Assembly (NCBI GenBank): GCA_043228905.1
Contig: JBHGNT010000002.1
Location: forward strand, 11,160,001 to 11,224,000
Source of the DNA: Azolla caroliniana
Lineage: Eukaryota; Plantae; Polypodiophyta
Direction of reading: 5' to 3'
Length of the DNA stretch: 64,000 nt
The notes under the pieces are model-generated. The model did not search any database. It saw only the letters and a list, made by a program, of their open reading frames with translations, and was not told the DNA's origin. The position numbers were made by a program, and so were the translations under genes. This document shows, one piece after another, positions 23,350 to 36,717 of this stretch (within the stretch, counting starts at the first letter, position 1; every line of letters begins with the position of its first letter).

Positions 23350-26300
23350 TGTTGAGAGACAAGCTCAACATCGGCCCGATCGGCTGAGCAAGCCGGGGAC
23401 CGGATCGGTTGGGACCGATCGGTTGGAAACCGGTACGTAGACCGGTGCGTAGGAAGGCTAGATCGGTGCGGAAACCAGGAGGCCATTGGAAAGATATTCC
23501 GCAAGGAATATATTTGGGAGTTAGTGTAGGGGTTCGTCAATGAGCATTGAAGTATTGTCAGTACTTCTGTCAGTCCGAAAAGGACTTGTATAAAAGTGTT
23601 CATTGAACACACATGATGTACAGATCGAGTATTATTTTTGAACTAAGTTCTTGTGTTTTACTCTCTCTATCTCTATCTCTCTCTCGTGCGTACTATGCTA
23701 ACCTAAGCTTTCCATTAAACCTGCGTTTTTTGTTGTTCGGTTTGCTATATTGCTTCCTCATGTCATTCTTTTCATGGTATCAGAGTGCGAGAGTTGAGAA
23801 CCTCTGCAGTCGACTTTGCTTGAAGGAAAAACCAACGAAGAAAACCAAGAAAACCGATGGATAGAAGAATGGCTAGCTCGCTTCCAACGGAGAAGCTCGA
23901 CAGAACCAACTACGCATCTTGGTCCTACAAGATGCACCAGTACCTGCTCGGACACAATTACTGGAGCTATGTCGATGGAGCAAATGACACAGCACCCGAT
24001 TCGACACACAAAGACTTCCCGACGTGGGAACAATCGACGAGCAGAGTGTTTTACTGTTTCGCGTCTTGTGTGGTCGAACAACTATTAAGCTACGCTCGAG
24101 ATGCAAAAACGCCGAAGGGTATGTGGGAAAATCTGAAGAAGATCAGAACAGGTTCCGGATAGACCGACAAAGGAAATTGGCAACGATTGCACTATGCCGA
24201 AGGATCCGGAGAAGCCGGAAAAGGGTCAGTCTTCGTGACGAGACACGAAGCAACCTCAATGAAGAAGATCACCCCGAAGTCGGAGGAGGTGTGGTACGTC
24301 GACTCTGGCGCGTCAAACCACATGACGTGCCACGAGGAGTGGTTCTCATACCTTGAGAAACTGACACAACTAGGAGTAGTCGCAACCGGAGACGACACTT
24401 CGCATCCGATCGCGAATGTCGGTGAAGTTCCCCTGAGCCATGTCGGGCAGAAAGGGAAACTCATGAATGTGTTACACGTCTCGACAATCACAAAGAACTT
24501 GGTGTCGGTCGGGTAGATCATCGACCGGGGGATGCAGGTTCGGTTTACGCATCTCGGGTGCTTCATCAAGGAAGAAGGCTGAGTTATTGCGCAAGGGCGC
24601 AAAGACGAGAGGATGTTTATCCTCGACTCTAGTGACGGTGGCACCGCAATGTTCGCGAAAGGACAAAAAGTCGAGTCAGACATCGACTTATGGCACAAGC
24701 GGGTAGGTTATGTCAACTATCAACAGCTTCGGGACCTGCAATCGAAACAGGTGGTGTTCGGATTGCCCAAATTTAGTGGCCGGAAGGCACAAATTTGTGA
24801 AGCCTGCCAGCTTGGGAAGAAACACCGACTTCCCTTCCCCAATGAGCGTAACCAGAGCCGGAACAAGCTTGACTTGATACACTCCGATGTGTGGGTCGGC
24901 ACAAAACGTTAGTCGTGGTGGGAGCTGATATTTCATCTCCTTCATCAACGATTACATGCGGCACACGTGGATCTACCTCATTGAGAGGAAGAGTGAAGTT
25001 TTCAAATGTTTCCGGGACCTCAAAGGGTTCGTGGAAACGGAAATAGGAAGGAAGATCAAGTGACTGCAGTCGGATAACGGAAAAGAATACTTTTCCGGTC
25101 AATTCAACAGTTATCCCAACAGATGGGAATTCGGCGCAAATTCAGTTGTAGATACACGCCGGAGCAAAACGGCGTGGCTGAGAGGAAAAATCGGTTGGTT
25201 GTGGAAGCGGCGTGGGCAATGTTGGAAGAAAAGAGCTTGCCCAAGTTCTATTGCGCCGAGGCGGTATGAACCACGGTATACATCCAAAACTGGATCAGAG
25301 ACAAAGTGTCGGCGCATGAGCTATATTTCAGAACAAAGCCAAACTTGTGACACTTACGAGTTTTCGGTAGCGTTGCGTATGTGCATGCGCCGAAGGAGAA
25401 ACGGACGAAGTTGGATGCAAAGGCCGAGAAATGTATCTTGGTCAGTTACTCGGATGAGCAGAAGGGTTATCAGTGTTATAACCCATGCACCAAACAAGCG
25501 CGAGTGAGCTGCAACGTTGTGTTTGAGGAGTCTGCATCCTGGTACTTGCCTCCGACTCCGGACCTCACCTCCAATCCGACTTTTGATGATGAGGTCAGCG
25601 AGGCCGAGATGCCTCCGGATGAGCCTGAAATCGGGACCCGCAAAGAGACTCCGATTTCGTTTCGGTTAAGTGGACCGAATGAATGACTGAGTTGGTTCGA
25701 CTAGTCCGATGAAGAGCCAGCGAGTAGTGAAGACTCGGCCGTGCATTCCCCGCGCAAGAAGCCGAGGAGACGGCTTACGCGCCAGGAAAAAGGGAAGAAG
25801 AAGGTGTCGGATTATGGCACAGATAGGAACAAGTCAGACCGACACGAGTTCGACTCCGAGGGCAGCGGTCACAGGTCTTCAAGAGTGAATTCCACGTCAG
25901 CCGAGAAGACCACGACATCGGCTAATGACTGATTATGTTGATCTACCCGCCAGAAGAACCCAGTTGTGCGGTTCAGATACAACGAGTACATGGTGCATCA
26001 TTATGCGTACATGACCCGTGTAGCGGAAGTGCGTGAGCCGGAGAGCTACATAGAAGCGGCTAAGGATGCGAATTGGCGCGCCGCGATGTAGGAAGAGATG
26101 CACGCACTGGCGGAAAACGAGACCTCGGACCTGGTTGACGCACTGAAGGGTGTGAAGCCGATCGGATGTAGGTGGGTGTACAAGGTCAAGTACAACACCG
26201 ACGGCTCGGTCAACCGATACAAGGCCCGGTTAGTGGCAAAAGTCTATGCACAAAAACACAGCATCGACTACGATGAGACGTTTGCACCGGTTGTGAAGAT

Positions 26301-28525
26301 GACGACCGTCTGTGTTTCGCTCGCGGTAGCTGCGGCAAAGGGGTGGCACTCACATCAAATGGATGTAAAGAATGCGTTCCTGCAAGGTGAGCTTGAGGAA
26401 CAAGTGTACATGGTATAGCCCCCCGGATTTCACTCCGGAACGAACACTTCGGCGGTGTGCTGATTGAAGAAGTCCCTTTATGGCCTGAAGTAAGCCCCAC
26501 ATGCCTGGAACGTGAAAATCATGCAGCAACTACGTCGGATGGGCTTTGCGATGTCGAAATCGGACTCCTCACTTTTCATCCGAAAAGGTCGACTCGGGCC
26601 GGTTAGTATTCTACTTTATGTTGATGAATTGGTCATCACTAGCGCCGACCTAAGTGAAATCAACCGCGTGAAGCAACTTGCGGCATCATTCGACATGAAG
26701 GATTTGGGGGACCTTCATTACTTCCTCGGGATCGAAGTGATCTGCACCCCCGAAGGCATACTGATCAGCCAACGTCATTACGCGCTGAATATGCTCTTCA
26801 AATTCGGGATGGCAGACTATAAGTCCGTCTCGACTCCTCTAGATAGAACCGTCAAACTTCACCCCAATTCCGGAAAGGTATGCGACCGGACGAGGTTTCG
26901 ACAAATTGTCGAAAGCCTTATCTACTTGACAATCACCCGACCTGATCTCAGTTATCCAGTTGGGGTGATAAGTCAGTTCATGGCGCGACCTACCGAGGAG
27001 CACCTTCAGTGTGCACAACGCGTATTGCGGTACGTAAGCGACACTAAGGACCGGGGACTGCTATATCGGACCGGTACAACCTTGCAGTTGGTCGGCCACA
27101 CCAATGCTGATTGGGATGGCAACGCCGCCGATCGCCGATCCACGTCCGGATACGCGTTCTCTCTTGGGAGTACTGCGATAGCGGGGAGCAATAAGAAGCA
27201 GCTGGGAGTTGCACTATCCAGCACCGAAGCTGAGTATAGAGGAGCGATTGTCGCGACATGCGAAGCTATATGGTTGAAGCGGCTACTTAAGGATCTGCAG
27301 GTGGAGGTGTCCGATCCAATGACTATCTACTGCGACAACCTCAATAGCATCCAACTCGCCAAGAACCCCGTTTTCCATGTCCAAACTAAGCACATTGAGG
27401 TGCATTACCATTTCGTCCGTGAGCGTGTTCTCTCTGGTGAAGTCGAACTTCAGTATGTTCCGACGGATCGGCAGACCGCCGACATCTTCACCAAGCCTCT
27501 TGGAATAGACAAGTTGCGGCAATTCTCAGGTGCGCTTGGGTTGCATCACCTCGACGTGCTGAACTTGAAGGGGAGAGATGTCCCGAATGACCACAAAAGT
27601 GGGAGAGAAGACCGCGACCGCGACGCCGAGTCGGATGATGAATTCGTTTTCGGATCGGCTGAAGAAGCCGAGGGCGGACCCGCGGAAGATTCCGGAAGCG
27701 GACATAAGGGGAGCAGCCGAAAGGAAGAGCCGAAGTCAACCAAGCATGGGGGAAATGACTCCGTCAAGGGTGAGAAGACCAAAGATGAGGAGGAGACAGC
27801 CAACTCAGACGAGAGCTAAAACCAATTGGAGTTAGCCGAGTCGGTTCGGATGTTTGATTCGGATACACTGAATCAACTGAGGGCCAAGCGGAAAAGAAGG
27901 TAGCAGGAGAAGCGCCAACACTGCGACAACGAGGGAGCTGTGAAAGGCCGTGGGAGTAGACAAGCCGACCGGAAGGGTCAAAGCGCGTAGAATCGAACAG
28001 GTTAAGGAGCGTGAGCGAGGTGTGGAGCCAGGAGGAATCGGTGCGGTGATCCGGAAGATCCGGAAGAGCCTCAAGTTGAGCTTGAGGGGGAGTGTTGAGA
28101 GACAAGCTCAACATCGGCCGGATCGGTTGAGAAACCCGGGGATTGGATCGGTTGGGACTGATCGGTTAGGCTGGATTGGTTGGAAACCGGTATGCAGACC
28201 GGTGCGTAGGAAGGCTAGATCGGTGCGGAAACAGGGAGGCCATCGGAAAGATATTCCGCAAGGAATATATTTGGGAGTTAGTGTAGGGGCTCCTCACTGA
28301 GCATTGAAGTGCGGTCAGTACTTCTATCAGTCCGAAAAGGACTTGTATAAAAGTGTTCATTGAATACACACGATGTACAAATCGAGTATTATTTTTGAAC
28401 TAAGTTTTTGTGTTTTCCTCTCTCTCTATCTCTCCCGTGCGTACTATGCAAACCTAAGCTTTCCATTAAACCTGCGTTTTCTGTTGTTTGGTTTCCTATA
28501 TTGCTTCTGCACGTCATTCTTTTCA
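23350..28525 (+). mobile_element. Copia LTR retrotransposon with both LTRs, TSD ATATT
   Basis: LTRs 23350-23774 and 28093-28525 (TGTTG..TTCA). PBS TGGTATCAGAG at 23775. PPT GAGGGGGAG at 28084-28092. ATATT at 23345-49 and 28526-30. Confidence 0.96.
23869..27819 (+). pseudogene. Copia gag-PR-IN-RT-RH polyprotein, disrupted, gag internally deleted at ~24145
   Basis: WYVDSGASNHMT (PR), LWHKRVG..CEACQLGK, IHSDVW, QNGVAERKN (IN), [24 protein letters not shown] (RT), YCDN..KHIEVHYHFVRE..ADIFTK (RH). Many stops. Confidence 0.93.
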
Positions 28526-28642
28526 ATATTAATAAGAAAAACCCTAGTTATCTTATTGGTAATGTGTCTTGTTTCTCGAAATTGAAGTCAAGGGTTCAAA
28601 CACGAAATTGGAATTTTCGTCCGTCTATTTATCTATCTTAAA

Positions 28643-29426
28643 CACTTCCTCAATTTCGGTTTCTCTCTCTATCAACCACATTAGAGCGTGACTTCGGCTA
28701 CTACAATTTCATTTCTTCTAGTCGTTCACTCTCTCTTAGAAATTCTCGTCAAGAAAGAACCAACACCAACAAAGATCATTTCGGCATCGTCACCACCCGC
28801 TAAAACATTGCGCACCACCACATCACCACCACCTACATGTCAATCCACCACACCGTTGAGTCTAGGTTGGGTGCATCTTCGACAATAAATAATGGCCCGA
28901 CGATAAACCTAAAAGGCTGATTCCTTACAAGAACAAGTCACGCAACTCGTCCTCACTGGTCAAAGACCCTAGTGGTCCCGTTCGACCGACCCGCCGGTGG
29001 GGAAATCCCATCACCTCCTCCATAACCACTAGCACTTCCTCAATTTTGGTCTCTCTCTCTGTCAACCACATTAGAGCGTGACTTCAGCTACTACAATTTC
29101 ATTTCTTCTGGTTGTTCGCTCTCTCTTAGAAATTCTTGTGAAGAAAGAACTAGCACCAGCAAAGATCATTTCGTCGTCGTCGTCGTCGCCCACTAAAACA
29201 TTTCGGACCACCACATCACCGCCGTCTACACGTCAATCCACCGCATCGCTGAGTTTGGGTTGGGTGCATCTTCGACAACAAACAATGGCCCGACGATAAA
29301 CCTAAATGGTTGATTCCTTACAAGAACAAGTCACATGACTCGTCCTCACTGGTCGAAGACCCCGGTGGTCCCGTTCGACCGACCCGCAGGTGGGGAAATC
29401 CCATCATCTCCTCCATAACCACTAGC
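28643..29426. repeat. ~390-bp tandem duplication
   Basis: CACTTC.TCAATTT.GGT.TCTCTCTCT.TCAACCACATTAGAGCGTGACTTC at 28643 and 29033; both units end CATAACCACTAGC. Confidence 0.92.
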
Positions 29427-30164
29427 GCGTAGAGGCCCGGTGCTTGTCCGCGCTTGTGTGACATGCACATCACGAAGTTTGGCATGTGTGACACACGCCA
29501 TACGACATCTATTTGGTGAACCCGACGTGAACAACACAAGGTGGTAATGGAGGCATCACAGATGATGGATGTGGTCTTGCTTACAACTTAGAGGAGTCGA
29601 TTAGAATAGAAGGTGGTCCAAGGCTTGTATTTCTTCCATTTGTAAGGCCATTGAAATGATGTTGCATGATGACAAGGATAAAGCAATGGAGTACCTCAAG
29701 TTGGCAAGGCAAGTCGAAAGACTATATCAAGAAGTTCCGGATTGGTACGAAGCAGTTATGACATCAAGGTTCGGCCCTCAACCTTTTCATGGTTTACTCA
29801 ACGATGAAGAAAATGAAGATGATCGAGATGTTCACGATTATTTTCATGAAGAGACTTTCAACGAAGAAAGTCGGCTTTGAAGGAAATATGAAGATATTTG
29901 AGGATGCGATCGTGAAGAAAAACGTGGGTTTGACAAGAGAGACCGATATGTTCACGATTGTGGTCTTAAAGAGGCAAGTGACAAAGATCATGGTCTTAAA
30001 GGGATAGATTGAGATCAACATGCCTATGGTTGTTACGAGGATCATTGCAAACTCTACAAAAGAGAAACACGGGAGGAAGAACGCGATCTTGAAGGTGGAG
30101 ATTGTGATTGTCATCATGAAGATCATTGCAAAGTCAAGAGAACAGCAAGATGCACTGAAGAAGG

Positions 30165-30420
30165 ATGTGATTGTGAAGAGACATGCCACAAAGATTGTGG
30201 GTTTGAGGCAAAAGACCAAGATACTCAAGTATGAGGTCGCGAAGAGACATGTGACGAAGAACATGGGATGGAGTGGAAGGACCAAGATACTTAAGGATGC
30301 GGTCGTGAAAAGACATGTGACGAAGAACGAGGGCTTGAGAAGAAAGATAGAGGATACAGTCATGAAGAGACATGCAACAGAAAACATGAGCTTGAGGAGA
30401 AAGATCAAGATCTACACGGT
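30165..30420 (+). repeat. Degenerate ~66-bp coding-like minisatellite
   Basis: GAA(G/A)AGACATG recurs at ~30175, 30241, 30307 and 30364; reads EETCDEEHG..KDQD-like in one frame, with stops. Confidence 0.7.
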
Positions 30421-33260
30421 TATGATCAAGACAACGATCATTGGAAACTCACAAGTAGTGCTCGAGATCTACAAGGTTATGATCGTGACAAAGATTATTG
30501 TAAAACAAGAGGAGAAATCAAGACCGAGCTCTTCATGGTTGTGCTAATGAAAAAGAACTTGATGGAAGTTGTGATGGTAAGAGAAGTTGGGATCAAGACT
30601 CTTATAGTTTAATGAGAGCTGCGCACAAGAGAAGAAGTTAGGAAGAGATGAAAGCTTTACATTTAAACGTGATGACGATGATGATAATAACGATACACAC
30701 GATTTAGGTCTTGATGATAGTAAGGGAGAGTGTATTTTTTATGCTGAGAGTGAGTGCCAAGAGAAGAATTAAGGTTATAATGATAAAAGGTTGTGCACTT
30801 TCTGTGGATATGGTTATGACGAAGTGGAATTGTGTGTTTTAGGTTGCCTTGGTTTTCTTCTTGATAGATTCTATAAGGGTTTCAGTAAATCAAATGCTGA
30901 CATTCATGAGGATATCCATTATGAAAATAGAATAGGGATTTGTGATGATGAGGACGTTCTACAAAAATATGTCCATGATGATGTAGGGTTACTTAATGAT
31001 CACAAGGGTATAAGTAAGGAAAATCTAGAAAATATAATGATGGTTTGGGATGTGTATGATGATAATGTTGGTGTTATGAGCGTGTGTGGGAAGGATGAGT
31101 TTAGGATAGATGATATTGAAAATGATGGTTATCTCGTAATAAATGAATTGGTGATTAAAGATGTTGTTAATGATGATGTAAGTATAATTAACATTGAGGT
31201 TGTTATCGAAGAAGATGATGTTGTGGTAAAATGGATGGTTATTACTTATAAAGAAGAAAGGAAAGAAGTAATTATGAGGACTACCAATGGGAAAGATGCA
31301 TCAAGATGGTGGCATGTTCAACTAAACAGAGGAGGTTGTATTGCCAACATTTCCAACTCCCATCTCAAAGAAAAGGATTGGCTAATAACAACAAGCACCT
31401 AGTTGTTGGATTCAGTTCGACAAGACACATCGACTACCTCCCAAGAAGATTGAAGAAGGAGATCGGGTATTGGTCTACAACAACAACCTTGACAACCAAC
31501 ACATGACGACAAGAGAGTTCGCAAGAAGGTGGTTTGGACGGTATGTGGTGACAAGTGCCAACGATAATGCCACCTACCACCTCGCGGAGTTAGACGGATC
31601 GAGGTTGGTCATACCCATTCTGGGGTAAAGATCTTCAAGAAAAGACAAGATGAGGGTCTTGACCTCGATCACCTAAACAGTGTCGTGAAGATTTTCGCCA
31701 ACAGTGTCAAAATCACGTGGAACGGACAAAATCGAGAAGGTGCAAGGTGCACACGTATGAAAGGGGTGATGGTTACACTCATATGTTAGCACGTTAATGT
31801 GCACTTGTATTGTGTGTTTAGGTGCTAATTACATAAAATATAAAAGTAAGCCTAGGGCCTATTGGCATACAAAGGGGTCGAAGTAAGGTTTTGAATATTG
31901 CACCTCCAAGATAAGAGATAGTTTACTTACCATTAGACTAAGCTTGTTTCTTTAAACCTTCTTTTCATCATTGTACTTTTCACATGTAAATTCTCATACA
32001 TAAGAGCTTGAATGAGTGACATAGTTATCATGCATCACATGCGATGCATGAGCACCAAATGTGTTATGTACACATAACGTTGGTGAGGGTAGGTCACCAA
32101 TATTTACATTAGTGGAGGGTATGTTCACTAATGTTAAAACGGGGACTAATGATTGGATAGAAGGATTGATAGGTGCATGCACTATCATGATTTGGACAAC
32201 CAATGAATGGAGAGCCTTTTAGAAAGGCACATTTATTCAAGGGCCTTTTAGAAAGACTATTTTTTAATATTGAGTGGGCATCATGCCATTTTTTGAACGA
32301 TTTTTTCCAACGGCTCATCTAGATTTAAGTCATTTTATTGAGCCTTAGAACTCGAGTAAAACCACATGAGTTCCCCTATTGATGTTTTACTCATAGATTT
32401 GAGTTCTACATCTTTGCGCACAAAACCACCGCCACTTGTATCAATTTGTGGCTTATGTCACAATTGTTAAAATCACAACCACCATATTGGGATGTATATG
32501 TGCATACCTCGCCCCATCGATTTATTTGGGATATTTTTTTTTAGTAGGTAACACATGGGTTTTTGACCCTTGTTTTCGTCACTGCTTCATTCTTATGGGT
32601 AGTGCCTTATTTTATCATTTTTGTGATAACATTTACTTGTTACTTGCAAGACTAGAATATTACTTGCGAGTGCACTTGTTTTTTCACGTAATACACTTTC
32701 TCGACCATATCAATACATGTTGGGTTGACATTCTAATATAAGGCTAACTAGGAAACTACGTTGATGTTAGAACCATGGTTGAGCCTTGTTGTCCGTCGGA
32801 ATAGTAACCGACAAACAAGAGCGCAGTAATATAGAATAGAGTAATATTGTAACGCATGTAAACGGTTCACGCGGGAAGCGTGAATGGCTAAAAGACCCTG
32901 CGTATATAAAGGGCAGAAAACCTCTGATAGACGGAACGTGTAATTTTGAATGTAAAAGGTGTATTTTAATAGAGTTCTATCTTCTCTAATTCCGGTGCGT
33001 ATCTGTAGTTAATCTACTGTGTGTCTGTGATTCTTGGCTGTTGTAGCGCAGTCGTAAGAGTGTGTGCGTGAGTAACAGTGTGGTTGCTACTCCACTGTCT
33101 AAGGAGTTCGGTTGTAGCCGTCTCTCTTATATGCTACTAGGATACGGGAGGTATCCCACTAAGTATTACGCTACGACGATACCATTCATTGCAACACAGT
33201 CACTTTGAGGTCTAGGTCGAAGGACTGACAGTAAACCGTGTTCCTAATCAGTAACACTTT

Positions 33261-33277
33261 TGGCACGCTTGGGGGGA
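33261..33277 (+). promoter_or_regulatory. Primer binding site, tRNA-Arg-like
   Basis: TGGCACGCTTGGGGGGA, 4 nt after the LTR end; resembles the Arg PBS of Tat/Ogre-type elements (from recall). Confidence 0.75.
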
Positions 33278-36200
33278 TGATACAGAATTAGAGGTATACC
33301 TAGACGAGCACCCTCGAATTATTCCGTTGTTCCAAATCAATGTCATCGAAACTGCGGCAGAATATGCCACGCCCGCTACACTCCACGACGAGGCTAACGA
33401 ACCAAACCCAGAGTCAATATTAGAACTAAGCAAAGCACGGGCAGCGTTCGAGAGGGAAATAGAAATTGCACGGGGAGTCACCGCCTCAGCCCTAGTAGAA
33501 GTAAACATGGGTACGACGTCAAAACCCCGATTCCTCTCCTTCGCAAAAGAATTATTGCTGGATCAGAGAGATGCAATGATAGCACTACTCAGGAAGTATA
33601 AAGATGTGCTCGCCTGGGCCCATGAGGACATGAAGGGGTTAGATCCGAAGTTCTATCAACATAAGATCAATTTAGCAACCAACGCGAAACCGGTCTAGCA
33701 GCGTCGATACCGTATGAACCCAAACTACACGACCAACGTAAAAGAAGAAATTGACAAACTCCTCAAGGACAGATTCATGTGACCAGTTAAAGAAGCTACA
33801 TGGTAAAGTCCGATAGTAATTGTACCAAAGAAAAATGGCAAAATACGTGTATGCGTGGACTATCGGAAATTGGACGTCGTAACCATTACGAACGCATTCC
33901 CTTTACCGTTCACCGATAGCGTATTGGACGTCGTCGCAAGGCATGACATCTAAAACTTTTTAGATGGCTTCAGTGGGTACAACCAAGTACGCATGCACCT
34001 TAACGACCAAGAGAAGACGGTGTTTGTCACGGACTGGGGAGTCTATGTCGTAGTCGTCATGATGTTCGGGCTAAAGACGGTGCCGATGACATTTCAACAA
34101 ACAATCACGGAGATTTTTGGGGAATATATTCCGGCCTTCATGCAAGTTTTTTTAGATGATTTTGTGGTGGGACAACAATCGACCATTTTAGGCCTCTACA
34201 GCTTTGCTTGGAGCGTTGCCAAACTGCACGCTTAAACTTGAATCCCACCAAATGCGCCTTCGGCGTTACCAATAGGGCTCTCCTCGGCCATATAGTCAAC
34301 AAGGAAGGGATAGCGGTCGATCCTAATAAAATCTCTGCGATTACTCAAGCGAAAATGCCGACAAACGCGAAATCACTCAGTACGATGGCATAGTCGGATG
34401 ATACGTTATTTGGTGGACTTCGCCATGCCGTTACATGCCGCCGTTCATCGGACTCCCTTCCAATGGACAGCTATGAAAGAGAAGGCATATGATGTGCTAA
34501 AGGTAATGCTAACGCAGGCACCCATCATACAACCACCAGTTTGGGCGAAGCCATTCCACGTGTTCGTAGATGCCTTGGACATAGCAATAGGTAGTGCGCT
34601 AATGTAGCTCACGGAGCCGAATTGGTATCGGCCAGTGTACTACGCTAATCGGAAATTATCAACGACTGAGCGTAACTATTCCACAACGGAACGTGAGGCA
34701 TTGGGTATGATCTACAACATCAATAAGTTCCAACATTATCTGCTAGGGTGGAAATTCACATTTCACGTGGATCATTCAACACTGCTATATTTGGTAGGGA
34801 AATAAGCGCTAACGGGGAAATTGGCAAGATGGATGCTGTTGCTTCAAGAATTCGACTTTGTAATTCAGCATCGAACATATAGTAGCAGATTTTTTGAGCA
34901 GACTCGATAATAGAGAAACGGCGCACAAGGATGACGACGACTTTCCGCATGCGGACATTTTGCGGGTAGCAACACTAGCAGAACGAACGGGAAAGACTTT
35001 CCCGGATCGGTGTCTCATGGAAATGACCTACTTCCCGACCATGGGGTTACCGCCACCCCAATTACGGATGGACGAGAAAAAACGGCTGGAAAAAGTCGAA
35101 ATTTCTGTTTAGTGGAAGAGATACTATACCACAAGGGCAGTGACGGCATCTGGAGGCGTGGAATACGGCAGGATGAGAAAGTCGCGGTTCTACGCAAAGC
35201 CCATTGTGGTACGGTGGGAGGACATGACGCGGGCAATGTTACGGCCCGGAAAATTTGGCAAGCAGGACTTTGGTGGCCGACAACGCAAAGGAACGCATAT
35301 GAATATTGCAAACAATGCAATTTATGTCGACTAGGCCAGCCCACGGTAGTCGCGAGAATGCCACACCAACCAATGTTACCATTGGATCCTTTCCAAAAGT
35401 GGGGGCTAAATTTTGTGGGACCCTTTACCCCGACGGCCGCTCGAACAGGCAATAATATATCCTGGTGGCCATGGATTACTGTACCAAGTGGGTAGAAGCG
35501 AAACCACTACGCGAGAATACCACGTTGCCTTATCGACTCATTAGTGACCAAGGGAGTCACTTTCTGAATACGGTCATCAGCGAACTGACCCAACATTACG
35601 CTGTGGTGCACAAAAAAAGTACGTTGTATTACCCGCAGGCAAATGGCTTGGCGGAATCCATGAACAAAACCCTCCAAACTATCCTCAAAAAGACAGTCAA
35701 TGAGAACAGGACGGATTGGGACACCAAGTTGCATAGCGCATTATGGGCATACCGTACCAGCTATAAGACTAGCATACAATCAACACCGTTCAGGCTAGCA
35801 TTTGTTCTGGAGGTCGTGATGCCAGTCGAATTCTAGGTACCCAGTCTGTGGATTCAAGTACGAACCCGGCTACCAAAGGGCAAATTCGAACAAATACGGC
35901 TATAACAACTACTAGAGCTAGGAGAAAGAAGGTTATGCAGTATGGCCATATTAGAGCAGGAACAGCGGCGGCGCAAAGCATTTGTGGACTGACACCGGCA
36001 TGCGCGTGAAAAAGATTTTACCGTTGGAAAAGTGGTATTAGTTTTCCAAACATGCATGGGGGGCATATGCCAGGAAAATTAAGATTCCGTTGGACAGGCC
36101 CGTACTGTATAGTAGGAGCAAAAAAGGGCATGATTCAATTGGGCATGTTGGCCGGGGAAGTGTTACGAGAAAAAGTGAATGGCTTTCGCCTTAAACGTTA

Positions 36201-36717
36201 TCTGGGACCTACGCCACCTAACCCTGTTGTTCGCCGGAATAGTAACCGACGGCCAAAAACGTAGGAATAAGAAACTATATAAGCGTAACGTATGTAACGG
36301 TTCACGCGGGAAGTGTGAACGGCTAATTAGACCCTACATATGTAAAGGGCAGAAAACCTCTTATGGAGGTGCGTGTAAATTTTGGGAAATGTAAAAGAAT
36401 GCCTGATAATAGAATGCTATCTTCTCTGAGTTTCTATGTATAGTTGCGGCTAATTCAGTGTCTGTGTCTCGGCTATGTAAGCGTAGTAGTACGTAAGTGT
36501 AACCTATGATAGGGATTCAGTTGTAGCTGTCTTCCCTTATATGCGAAGGAATTACAGAGGTTCTCTCCTTACGTAGTACGCTTGAGCTCTGTTCGTTGCT
36601 CCACACCCACCTTGGGGTCTAGGTCGAAGGACTGACCATGGACCGTGTTCCTAAGAGGCAACAGTTTTGGCACGCTTGGTGATCTGTGTTTTCTCACAGA
36701 CGAGCAACAACGAATGG

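Larger units (their letters stand above)
22880..32061 (+). mobile_element. Old degenerate Gypsy-like element; LTR-like repeats from ~22880 (interrupted by Copia 23350-28525) and 31681-~32061
   Basis: 22880-23240 aligns with 31681-32061 (TRTCGTGAA..AATCACGTGGAACGGACAAAATCGAGAAGGTGCAA..). Integrase C-terminal remnant FARRWFGRYVVTSANDNATYHLAELDG at ~31515-31610. The interior is acidic, low-complexity and has no RT. Confidence 0.55.

Noticed and set aside
29794-30547. 204-aa (-) and 175-aa (+) ORFs as membrane or basic proteins
   Set aside because: Alternative frames of a purine-rich repeat; the composition is an artefact.
32062-32786. Possible DNA transposon in AT-rich sequence flanking element A
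   Set aside because: No terminal inverted repeats, TSD or transposase motif could be identified by eye.
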